Of a stretch of DNA of 64,000 nucleotides, positions 12,885 to 26,300 are shown piece after piece (position 1 is the first letter of the stretch; every line of letters starts with the position of its first letter). A model generated the notes under the pieces. It worked only from the letters and a program-made list of their open reading frames with translations. It searched no databases and was not told the origin of the DNA. The translations under genes were made by a program, and so were the position numbers. The DNA is taken from NCBI RefSeq assembly GCF_009914755.1, contig NC_060948.1; one strand, written 5' to 3'. This DNA comes from the human T2T-CHM13v2.0 reference genome, Homo sapiens.

Positions 12885-15800
12885 CCAAATCATTGCATTC
12901 CTTTCCATTCCGTTCCTATCAATTCCATTCCATTCGATTTAGTTCGATTCTATTCACTTCCATTCCATTCGATTCCATTCCATTGGAGTGAATTCCTTTT
13001 GACACCCAGCTTTTCCAGTCAATGATTTTGGAGTCTATTTTTTTGCATTCCATTACATTCTATGACATTCGATTCCGTTTCATTGCATTCCATTCCATAC
13101 ATTTTTATTCCATTCGAGACCGTAGCATTCTGCTTTATTCCAGGCCTGTCCATTACACTACCTTCCCTTCCATTCCAATGAATTCCATTGCATTCCAATC
13201 CATTCCTTTCCTTTCGCTTGCATTCCATTCTATTCTCTTCTACTGCATACAATTTCACTCCATTCGTTCCCATTCCATTCAATTCCGTTCCATTCAATTC
13301 CATTCCATTTGTTTCCATTCTCTTCGATTCCATTTCTTTATATTCCATGCCATTCGATTCCATTCTATTGGATTGCATTACATTCGTGTTCATTCCATTC
13401 CAGACCATTCCATTTGACTCCATTCCTTTCGAGCCCTTTCAATTTGAGTCCATTCCTTTCCAGTCCATTTCACTCCAGTCCATTACTATCCATTCCATAC
13501 CATTCCATCCCATTCCATTCCATTCCATTCCATTCCATTCCATTGCATTCCTTTCCATTCCATTCCATTGCACTGCACTCCATTCCATTACATTCTACTC
13601 TATCTGAGTCGATTTTATTGCATTAGATTCTATTCCATTGGATTACTTTCCATTCGATTACATTTCATTCATGTACATTCCATTCCAGTCAATTACATTC
13701 GAGTTCATTACATTACATTCCAGTATATTCCATTGTATTCGATCCCATTCCTTTCAATTCCATTTCATTCGACTCCATTATATTCGATTCCATTCCACTC
13801 GAATCCATTCCATTAGAGGACATTCCATTCCATTGCATTCCATTCCATTCCATAGAATTCCATTGCATTCGATTCCATTCCATTTGATGCCATTTCATTT
13901 GATGCCATTCCATGACATTCCATTCCATTCGAGTCCATTCCGTTCCAATTCATTCCATTCCGTTTCATGAAATTCGAGTCCTTTCCAGTACATTTCATTC
14001 CAATCCCATCCAATCCCATCTACTCCATTCAATTCCTTTCCATTCCATTTGATTATATTCCATTGATTTGTTTCCATTCACTTTGATTCCATTCCGTGAA
14101 ATTTCCTTCCTTTCTCTTCCATTGCATTACTTTCCATTCAATTCCATTCCATTTCATTTCAGTCCATTCGCTTCCTTTCTTTTCGATTCAATTCCATTTG
14201 ATTCCACTCCATTCTATGCGATTTCATTCCAATCGATTCAATTCCATTCGATGACATTCCTTTCGTTTCCATTCCATTCGAGTCCATTCAATTTGAGCAT
14301 TCGTGTCCATTCTATTCGAGTCCATTCCATTACCGTCTATTCTATTCCCTTCCATTCCTGTTGATTCAATTTCATTCCCTTCCATTCGATTCCTTTCCAT
14401 TCGATTCCATTCCTTTCCATTCCATTCCATTCGTTCCCATTCCATGTGATTTCATTCCATTCCAGTCCATTATATTCGAGTCCACTCCACTCCATTCTAT
14501 TACATTCAATTCCTTTTGAGTCCGTTCCATAACACTCCTTTCATTTCGATTCCATTTCTTGCCAGTTTTCTTCCATTTTATTCCATTCCGTTCGATTCCA
14601 TTCCATTCGATTGCATTCCATTCGAATCCTTTCCATTCCATTTCATTCCATTCCTTTCTATTGCATTCCCTTTCATGCGATTTGATTCCATTCTGTTCTA
14701 TTCCATTCAATTCTTTTTCATTCCATTCGCATCCTTTCTATTGCAGTCCATTCCATTCGAGTCCATTCCAATCCCTTCCATTCCATTCCATTACAGTCCA
14801 TTCCAATAGATTCCATTCCTTTGCCTTCCATTCGAATCCATTCCATTCTAGTCCATTCCATTTGAGTCAATTCCATTCCATTCCATTCTATTCCTTTCCA
14901 ATCCATTCGATTATATTCGATTCAATTCCATTTGATTCTCTTTCATTCTATTTTATTCCATGACGTTTGATTGCATTGCATTACATTCCGTTTGATTCCA
15001 GTCCATTCAAGAAAGTTCCATTCCAGTCCATTGCTTTCGAGTCCATTCCATTCCACTCTAGTCTATTCCACTCCATTCCTTTCCATTCCATTCCATACTA
15101 TTCCATTCCATTCCTTTGCATTCCATTTCCAATCTATTCGAGTCCATTGCATTCCAGTCCATTCCATTCGATTACATTCCTTTTGATTCCCTGCCAGTCG
15201 ATTGCATTGCATACTAGACCATTCCAAAGGAGTCCATTCCATTCTATCTCAACACTTTCCATTCCACTCTGTTCGAGTCCATTCCATTCCAGTCCATTTA
15301 ATTCAAGGGCATTCCATTCCATTCCATTCCATTTCATATTATTCCATTCCATTCAATTCCATTCCAGATGATTCCATTCCATTCTATACCATTGCTCTCT
15401 GTTCCATTCCATTCCATCTGTCTCCATTCCTTTCGTTTCGATTCCTTTCCATTCCATTCCATTACATTTGATCCTATTTTATTAAATTGCATTCTATTCG
15501 AGTGATTTCCATTCGAGTCCTTTCCATTCGATTCCATTCCTTTGGATTTCATTCCATTCCGTTCCGTTCACATCAATTCCTTGCGATTCCATTACATTCG
15601 ATTTCTTGCCATTCGATTCCATTCCTTTTGACTCCATTTCATTCGATTCCATTCCATTCCATTAATTTCCATTCCATTCGAGACCTTTCCATTGCAGTCT
15701 TTTCCCTTCGAGTCCATTGCGTTCGATTCCCTTCCATTCGATTCCATTCCATTGGAGTCCGTACCAGTCGAGTCCATTCTATTCCAGTCCATTAGTTTCG

Positions 15801-16418
15801 ACTCCATTGCATTCGAGTTCATTCCATTCCGTGGCTGTCCATTCCATTCCGTTTGATGTCATTCCATACGATTCCATTCAATTCGAGACCATTCTATTCC
15901 TGTCCATTCCTTTTGGTTCGATTCCATTTCACTCTAGTCCATTCCATTCCATTCAATTCCATTCGACTCTATTCCGTTCCATTCAATTCCATTCCGTTCG
16001 ATTCCATTTTTGTCGAGAACCTTCCATTACACTCCCTTCCATTCCAGTGCATTCCATTCCAGTCTCTTCAGTTCGATTCCATTCCATTCATTTCGATTCC
16101 TTTCCGTTCCAGCCCATTCCATTCCATTCCATTCCTTTCCATTCCGTTTCTTTAGATTCCATTGCATTCGATTCCATTCAATTCAGTTCCGTGCTATTCA
16201 ATTTGATTCATTTCCATTTAATTCCATTCCATTAGATTCCATTCCGTACGATTCCAGTCCTTTTGAATGCATTACATTGGAGTCCATTCACTTCCAGAAC
16301 ATTCCATTCCAGTCGAATCCATTCGAGGACATTCCATTAAAGTTCATTACATTCTAATACATTCCATTCCATTGCATTCCATTCCATTCCATTCGATGCC
16401 ATTCGATTCCATTCCATG
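12885..16418 (+). repeat. Unit U5 (3534 bp)
   Basis: Anchor spacing; 15-bp deletion near 15535. Confidence 0.9.
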
Positions 16419-19400
16419 CCAAATCATTGCATTCCTTTCCATTCCGTTCCTATCAATTCCATTCCATTCGATTTAGTTCGATTCTATTCACTTCCATTCC
16501 ATTCGATTCCATTCCATTGGAGTCAATTCCTTTCGACTCCCAGCCTTTCCAGTCAATGATTTTGGAGTCCATTTTTTTGCATTCCATTACATTCTATGAC
16601 ATTCGATTCCGTTTCATTGCATTCCATTCCATACATTTTTATTCCATTCGAGACCGTAGCATTCTGCTTTATTCCAGGCCTGTCCATTACACTACATTCC
16701 CTTCCATTCCAATGAATTCCATTCCATTCCAATCCATTCCTTTCCTTTCGCTTGCATTCCATTCTATTCTCTTCTACTGCATACAATTTCACTCCATTCG
16801 TTCCCATTCCATTCAATTCCATTCCATTCAATTCCATTCCATTTGTTTCCATTCTCTTCGATTCCATTTCTTTATATTCCATGAAATTCGATTCCTTTCT
16901 ATTGGATTGCATTACATTCGTGTTCATTCCATTCCAGACCATTCCATTTGACTCCATTCCTTTCGAGCCCTTTCAATTTGAGTCCATTCTTTCCAGTCCA
17001 TTTCACTCCAGTCCATTACTATCCATTCCATACCATTCCATCCCATTCCATTCCATTCCATTCCATTCCATTACATTCCATTCCATTGCCTTCCATTCCA
17101 TTCCATTCCATTGCACTGCACTCCATTCCATTACATTCTACTCTATTTGAGTCGATTTTATTGCATTAGATTCTATTCCATTGGATTACTTTCCATTGAT
17201 TCCATTCCATTTGATGCCATTCCATTTGATGCCATTCCATGACATTCCATTCCATTCGAGTCCATTCCGTTCCAATTCATTCCATTCCGTTTCATGAAAT
17301 TCGAGTCCTTTCCAGTACATTTCATTCCAATCCCATCCAATCCCATCTACTCCATTCAATTCCTTTCCATTCCATTTGATTATATTCCATTGATTTGATT
17401 CCATTCAGTTTGATTCCATTCCGTGAAATTTCCTTCCATTCTCTTCCATTGCATTACTTTCCATTCAATTCCATTCCATTTCATTTCAGTCCATTCGCTT
17501 CCTTTCCTTTCGATTCAATTCCATTTGATTCCACTCCATTCTATGCGATTTCATTCCAATCGATTCAATTCCATTCGATGACATTCCTTTCGTTTCCATT
17601 CCATTCGAGTCCATTCAATTTGAGCATTCGTGTCCATTCTATTCGAGTCCATTCCATTACCGTCTATTCTATTCCCTTCCATTCCTGTTGATTCAATTTC
17701 ATTCCCTTCCATTCGATTCCTTTCCATTCGATTCCATTCCTTTCCATTCCATTCCATTCGTTCCCATTCCATGTGATTTCATTCCATTCCAGTCCATTAT
17801 ATTCGAGTCCACTCCACTCCATTCTATTACATTCAATTCCTTTTGAGTCCGTTCCATAACACTCCATTCATTTCGATTCCATTTCTTGCCAGTTTTCTTC
17901 CATTTTATTCCATTCCGTTCGATTCCATTCCATTCGATTGCATTCCATTCGAATCCTTTCCATTCCATTTCATTCCATTCCTTTCTATTCCATTCCATTT
18001 CATTCGATTTGATTCCATTCTGTTCTATTCCATTCAATTCTTTTTCATTCCATTCGAATCCTTTCTATTGCAGTCCATTCCATTCGAGTCCATTCCAATC
18101 CCTTCCATTCCATTCCATTACAGTCCATTCCAATAGATTCCATTCCTTTGCCTTCCATTCGAATCCATTCCATTCTAGTCCATTCCATTTGAGTCAATTC
18201 CATTCCATTCCATTCTATTCCTTTCCAATCCATTCGATTCCATTCGATTCAATTCCGTTTGATTCTCTTTCATTCTATTTTATTCCATGACATTTGATTG
18301 CATTGCATTCCATTCCGTTTGATTCCAGTCCATTCAAGAATGTTTCATTCCAGTCCATTGCTTTCCAGTCAATTCCATTCCACTCTAGTCTATTCCACTC
18401 CATTCCTTTCCATTCCATTCCATACTATTCCATTCCATTCCTTTGCATTCCGTTTCCAATCTATTCGAGTCCATTGCATTCCAGTCCAATCCATTCGATT
18501 ACATTCCTTTTGATTCCCTGCCAGTCGATTGCATTGCATACTAGACCATTCCAAAGGAGTCCATTCCATTCTATCTCAACACTTTCCATTCCACTCTGTT
18601 CGAGTCCATTCCATTCCAGTCCATTTAATTCAAGGGCATTCCATTCCATTCCATTCCATTTCATATTATTCCATTCCATTCAATTCCATTCCAGATGATT
18701 CCATTCCATTCTATACCATTGCTCTCTGTTCCATTCCATTCCATCTGTCTCCATTCCTTTCGTTTCGATTCCTTTCCATTCCATTCCATTCCATTTGATC
18801 CTATTTTATTAAATTGCATTCTATTCGAGTGATTTCCATTCGAGTCCTTTCCATTCGATTCCATTCCATTCTATTCCATTCCTTTGGATTCCATTCCATT
18901 CCGTTCCGTTCACATCAATTCCTTGCGATTCCATTACATTCGATTTCTTGCCATTCGATTCCATTCCTTTTGACTCCATTTCATTCGATTCCATTCCATT
19001 CCATTAATTTCCATTCCATTCGAGACCTTTCCATTGCAGTCTTTTCCCTTCGAGTCCATTCCGTTCGATTCCCTTCCATTCGATTCCATTCCATTGGAGT
19101 CCGTACCAGTCGAGTCCATTCTATTCCAGTCCATTAGTTTCGACTCCATTGCATTCGAGTGCATTCCATTCCGTGGCTGTCCATTCCATTCCGTTTGATG
19201 CCATTCCATACGATTCCATTCAATTCGAGACCATTCTATTCCTGTCCATTCCTTGTGGTTCGATTCCATTTCACTCTAGTCCATTCCATTCCATTCAATT
19301 CCATTCGACTCTATTCCGTTCCATTCAATTCCATTCCATTCGATTCCATTTTTGTCGAGAACCTTCCATTACACTCCCTTCCATTCCAGTGCATTCCATT

Positions 19401-19760
19401 CCAGTCTCTTCAGTTCGATTCCATTCCATTCGTTTCGATTCCTTTCCATTCCAGCCCATTCCATTCCATTCCATTCATTTCCTTTCCGTTTCATTAGATT
19501 CCATTGCATTCGATTCCATTCAATTCAATTCCGTGCTATTCAATTTGATTCATTTCCATTTAATTCCATTCCATTAGATTCCATTCCGTACGATTCCATT
19601 CCTTTTGAATCCATTCCATTGGAGCCCATTCACTTCCAGAACATTCCATTACAGTCGAATCCATTCGAGTACATTCAATTAAAGTTCATTACATTCTAAT
19701 ACATTCCATTCCATTGCATTCCATTCCATTCCATTCGATGCCATTCGATTCCATTCCATG
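16419..19760 (+). repeat. Unit U6 (3342 bp), internal 216-bp deletion
   Basis: Junction ACTTTCCATT|GATTCCATTCCATTTGATGCC at 17197/17198. Confidence 0.88.
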
Positions 19761-22700
19761 CCAAATCATTGCATTCCTTTCCATTCCGTTCCTATCAATT
19801 CCATTCCATTCGATTTAGTTCGATTCTATTCACTTCCATTCCATTCCATTCCATTCCATTGGAGTCAATTCCTTCCGACACCCAGCCTTTCCAGTCAATG
19901 ATTTTGGATTCCATTTTTTTGCATTCCATTACATTCTATGACATTCGATTCCGTTTCATTGCATTCCATTCCATACATTTTTATTCCATTCGAGACCATA
20001 GCATTCCACTTTATTCCAGGCCTGTCCATTACACTACATTCCCTTCCATTCCAATGAATTCCATTCCATTCCAATCCATTCCTTTCCTTTCGCTTGCATT
20101 CCATTCTATTCCCTTCTACTGCATACAATTTCACTCCATTCGTTCCCATTCCATTCAATTCCATTCCATTCAATTCCATTCCATTTGTTTCCATTCTCTT
20201 CGATTCCATTTCTTTATATTCCATGCCATTCGATTCCATTCTATTGGATTGCATTACTTTCGTGTTCATTCCATTCCAGACCATTCCATTTGACTCCATT
20301 CCTTTCGAGCCCTTTCAATTTGAGTCCATTCCTTTCCAGTCCATTTCACTCCAGTCCATTACTATCCATTCCATACCATTCCATCCCATTCCATCCCATT
20401 CCATTCCATTCCATTCCATTCCATTCCATTCCATTGCATTCCATTCCATTCCATTCCATTCCACTGCACTCCATTCCATTACATTCTACTCTATCTGAGT
20501 CGATTTTATTGCATTAGATTCTATTCCATTGGATTACTTTCCATTCGATTACATTCCATTCATGTACATTCCATTCCAGTCAATTACATTCGAGTTCATT
20601 ACGTTACATTCCAGTATATTCCATTGTATTCGATCCCATTCCTTTCAATTCCATTTCATTCGACTCCATTATATTCGATTCCATTCCACTCGAATCCATT
20701 CCATTAGAGGACATTCCATTCCAATGCATTCCATTCCATTCCATAGCATTCCATTGCATTCGATTCCATTCCATTTGATGCCATTCCATTTGATGCCATT
20801 CCATGACATTCCATTCCATTCGAGTCCATTCCGTTCCAATTCATTCCATTCCGTTTCATGAAATTCGAGTCCTTTCCAGTACATTTCATTCCAATCCCAT
20901 CCAATCCAATCTACTCCATTCAATTCCTTTCCATTCCATTTGATTAGATTCCATTGATTTGATTCCATTCAGTTTGATTCCATTCCGTGAAATTTCGTTC
21001 CATTCTATTCCATTGCATTACTTTCCATTCAATTCCATTCCATTTCATTTCAGTCCATTCGCTTCCTTTCCTTTCGATTCAATTCCATTTGATTCCACTC
21101 CATTCTATGCGATTTCATTCCAATCGATTCAATTCCATTCGATGACATTCCTTTCGTTTCCATTCCATTCGAGTCCATTCAATTTGAGCATTCGTGTCCA
21201 TTCTATTCGAGTCCATTCCATTACCGTCTATTCTATTCCCTTCCATTCCTGTTGATTCAATTTCATTCCCTTCCATTCGATTCCTTTCCATTCGATTCCA
21301 TTCCTTTCCATTCCATTCCATTCGTTCCCATTCCATGTGATTTCATTCCATTCCAGTCCATTATATTCGAGTCCACTCCACTCCATTCTATTACATTCAA
21401 TTCCTTTTGAGTCCGTTCCATAACACTCCATTCATTTCGATTCCATTTCTTGCCAGTTTTCTTCCATTTTATTCCATTCCGTTCGATTCCATTCGATTGC
21501 ATTCCATTCGAATCCTTTCCATTCCATTTCATTCCATTCCTTTCTATTCCATTCCATTTCATTCGATTTGATTCCATTCTGTTCTATTCCATTCAATTCT
21601 TTTTCATTCCATTCGAATCCTTTCTATTGCAGTCCATTCCATTCGAGTCCATTCCAATCCCTTCCATTCCATTCCATTACAGTCCATTCCAATAGATTCC
21701 ATTCCTTTGCCTTCCATTCGAATCCATTCCATTCTAGTCCATTCCATTTGAGTCAATTCCATTCCATTCCATTCTATTCCTTTCCAATCCATTCGATTCC
21801 ATTCGATTCAATTCCATTTGATTCTCTTTCATTCTATTTTATTCCATGCCATTTGATTGCATTGCATTCCATTCCGTTTGATTCCAGTCCATTCAAGAAA
21901 GTTCCATTCCAGTCCATTGCTTTCCAGTCCATTCCATTCCACTCTAGTCTATTCCACTCCATTCCTTTCCATTCCATTCCATACTATTCCATTCCATTCC
22001 TTTGCATTCCGTTTGCAATCTATTCGAGTCCATTGCATTCCAGTCCAATCCATTCGATTACATTCCTTTTGATTCCCTGCCAGTCGATTGCATTGCATAC
22101 TACACCATTCCAAAGGAGTCCATTCCATTCTATCTCAACACTTTCCATTCCACTCTGTTCGAGTCCATTCCATTCCAGTCCATTTAATTCAAGGGCATTC
22201 CATTCCATTCCATTCCATTTCATATTATTCCATTCCATTCAATTCCATTCCAGATGATTCCATTCCATTCTATACCATTGCTCTCTGTTCCATTCCATTC
22301 CATCTGTCTCCATTCCTTTCGTTTCGATTCCTTTCCATTCCATTCCATTACATTTGATCCTATTTTATTAAATTGCATTCTATTCGAGTGATTTCCATTC
22401 GAGTTCTTTCCATTCGATTCCATTCCTTTGGATTCCATTCCATTTCGTTCTGTTCACATCAATTCCTTACGATTCCATTACATTCGATTTCTTGCCATTC
22501 GATTCCATTCCTTTTGACTCCATTTCATTCGATTCCATTCCATTCCATTAATTTCCATTCCATTCGAGACCTTTCCATTGCAGTCTTTTCCCTTCGAGTC
22601 CATTCCGTTCGATTCCCTTCCATTCGATTCCATTCCATTGGAGTCCGTACCAGTCGAGTCCATTCTATTCCAGTCCATTAGTTTCGACTCCATTGCATTC

Positions 22701-23304
22701 GAGTGCATTCCATTCCGTGGCTGTCCATTCCATTCCGTTTGATGCCATTCCATACGATTCCATTCAATTCGAGACCATTCTATTCCTGTCCATTCCTTGT
22801 GGTTCGATTCCATTTCACTCTAGTCCATTCCATTCCATTCAATTACATTCGACTCTATTCCGTTCCATTCAATTCCATTCCGTTCGATTCCATTTTTGTC
22901 GAGAACCTTCCATTACACTCCCTTCCATTCCAGTGCATTCCATTCCAGTCTCTTCAGTTCGATTCCATTCCATTCGTTTCGATTCCTATCCATTCCAGCC
23001 CATTCCATTCCATTCCATTCCTTTCCTTTCCGTTTCATTAGATTCCATTGCATTCGATTCCATTCAATTCAATTCCGTGCTATTCAATTTGATTCATTTC
23101 CATTTGATTCCATTCCATTAGATTCCATTCCGTACGATTCCATTCCTTTTGAATCCATTCCGCTGGAGTCCATTCACTTCCAGAACATTCCATTACAGTC
23201 GAATCCATTCGAGGACATTCCATTAAAGTTCATTACATTCTAATACATTCCATTCCATTGCATTCCATTCCATTCCATTCGATGCCATTCGATTCCATTC
23301 CATG
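19761..23304 (+). repeat. Unit U7 (3544 bp)
   Basis: Anchor spacing; 15-bp deletion near 22420 and 5-bp deletion near 21490. Confidence 0.9.
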
Positions 23305-26300
23305 CCAAATCATTGCATTCCTTTCCATTCCGTTCCTATCAATTCCATTCCATTCGATTTAGTTCGATTCTATTCACTTCCATTCCATTCGATTCCATTC
23401 CATTGGAGTCAATTCCTTTCGACACCCAGCCTTTCCAGTCAATGATTTTGGAGTCCATTTTTTTGCATTCCATTACATTCTATGACATTCGATTCCGTTT
23501 CATTGCATTCCATTCCATACATTTTTATTCCATTCGAGACCGTAGCATTCCACTTTATTCCAGGCCTGTCCATTACACTACATTCCCTTCCATTCCAATG
23601 AATTCCATTCCATTCCAATCCATTCCTTTCCTTTCGCTTGCATTCCATTCTATTCTCTTCTACTGCATACAATTTCACTCCATTCGTTCCCATTCCATTC
23701 AATTCCATTCCATTCAATTCCATTCCATTTGTTTCCATTCTCTTCGATTCCATTTCTTTATATTCCATGCCATTCGATTCCATTCTATTGGATTGCATTA
23801 CATTCGTGTTCATTCCATTCCAGACCATTCCATTTGACTCCATTCCTTTCGAGCCCTTTCAATTTGAGTCCATTCCTTTCCAGTCCATTTCACTCCAGTC
23901 CATTACTATCCATTCCATACCTTTCCATCCCATTCCATTCCATTCCATTCCATTCCATTCCATTCCATTGCATTCCATTCCATTCCATTCCATTGCACTG
24001 CACTCCATTCCATTGCATTCTACTCTATCTGAGTCGATTTTATTGCGTTAGATTCTATTCCATTGGATTACTTTCCATTCGATTACATTTCATTCATGTA
24101 CATTCCATTCCAGTCAATTACATTCGAGTTCATTACATTACATTCCAGTATATTCCATTGTATTCTATCCCATTCCTTTCAATTCCATTTCATTCGACTC
24201 CATTATATTCGATTCCATTCCACTCGAATCCATTCCATTAGAGGACATTCCATTCCAATGCATTCCATTCCATTCCATAGCATTCCATTGCATTCGATTC
24301 CATTCCATTTGATGCCATTCCATTTGATGCCATTCCATGACATTCCATTCCATTCGAGTCCATTCCGTTCCAATTCATTCCATTCCGTTTCATGAAATTC
24401 GAGTCCTTTCCAGTACATTTCATTCCAAACCCATCCAATCCCATCTACTCCATTCAATTCCTTTCCATTCCATTTGATTATATTCCATTGATTTGATTCC
24501 ATTCAGTTTGATTCCATTCCGTGAAATTTCCTTCCATTCTCTTCCATTGCATTACTTTCCATTCAATTCCATTCCATTTCATTTCAGTCCATTCGCTTCC
24601 TTTCTTTTCGATTCAATTCCATTTGATTCCACTCCATTCTATGCGATTTCATTCCAATCGATTCAATTCCATTCGATGACATTCCTTTCGTTTCCATTCC
24701 ATTCGAGTCCATTCAATTTGAGCATTCGTGTCCATTCTATTCGAGTCCATTCCATTACCGTCTATTCTATTCCCTTCCATTCCTGTTGATTCAATTTCAT
24801 TCCCTTCCATTCGATTCCTTTCCATTCGATTCCATTCCTTTCCATTCCATTCCATTCGTTCCCATTCCATGTGATTTCATTCCATTCCAGTCCATTATAT
24901 TCGAGTCCACTCCACTCCATTCTATTACATTCAATTCCTTTTGAGTCCGTTCCATAACACTCCATTCATTTCGATTCCATTTCTTGCCAGTTTTCTTCCA
25001 TTTTATTCCATTCCGTTCGATTCCATTCCATTCGATTGCATTCCATTCGAATCCTTTCCATTCCATTTCATTCCATTCCTTTCTATTCCATTCCATTTCA
25101 TTCGATTTGATTCCATTCTGTTCTATTCCATTCAATTCTTTTTCATTCCATTCGAATCCTTTCTATTGCAGTCCATTCCATTCGAGTCCATTCCAATCCC
25201 TTCCATTCCATTCCATTACAGTCCATTCCAATAGATTCCATTCCTTTGCCTTCCATTCGAATCCATTCCATTCTAGTCCATTCCATTTGAGTCAATTCCA
25301 TTCCATTCCATTCTATTCCTTTCCAATCCATTCGATTCCATTCGATTCAATTCCATTTGATTCTCTTTCATTCTATTTTATTCCATGCCATTTGATTGCA
25401 TTGCATTCCATTCCGTTTGATTCCAGTCCATTCAAGAAACTTCCATTCCAGTCCATTGCTTTCCAGTCCATTCCATTCCACTCTAGTCTATTCCACTCCA
25501 TTCCTTTCCATTCCATTCCATACTATTCCATTCCATTCCTTTGCATTCCGTTTCCAATCTATTCGAGTCCATTGCATTCCAGTCCAATCCATTCGATTAC
25601 ATTCCTTTTGATTCCCTGCCAGTCGATTGCATTGCATACTACACCATTCCAAAGGAGTCCATTCCATTCTATCTCAACACTTTCCATTCCACTCTGTTCG
25701 AGTCCATTCTATTCCAGTCCATTTAATTCAAGGGCATTCCATTCCATTCCATTCCATTCCATTTCATATTATTCCATTCCATTCAATTCCATTCCAGATG
25801 ATTCCATTCCATTCTATACCATTGCTCTCTGTTCCATTCCATTCCATCTGTCTCCATTCCTTTCGTTTCGATTCCTTTCCATTCCATTCCATTCCATTTG
25901 ATCCTATTTTATTAAATTGCATTCTATTCGAGTGATTTCCATTCGAGTCCTTTCCATTCGATTCCATTCCATTCTATTCCATTCCTTTGGATTCCATTCC
26001 ATTCCGTTCCGTTCACATCAATTCCTTGCGATTCCATTACATTCGATTTCTTCCCATTCGATTCCATTCCTTTTGACTCCATTTCAATCGATTCCATTCC
26101 ATTCCATTAATTTCCATTCCATTCGAGACCTTTCCATTACAGTCTTTTCCCTTCGAGTCCATTCCGTTCGATTCCCTTCCATTCGATTCCATTCCATTGG
26201 AGTCCGTACCAGTCGAGTCCATTCTATTCCAGTCCATTAGTTTCGACTCCATTGCATTCGAGTGCATTCCATTCCGTGGCTGTCCATTCCATTCCGTTTG

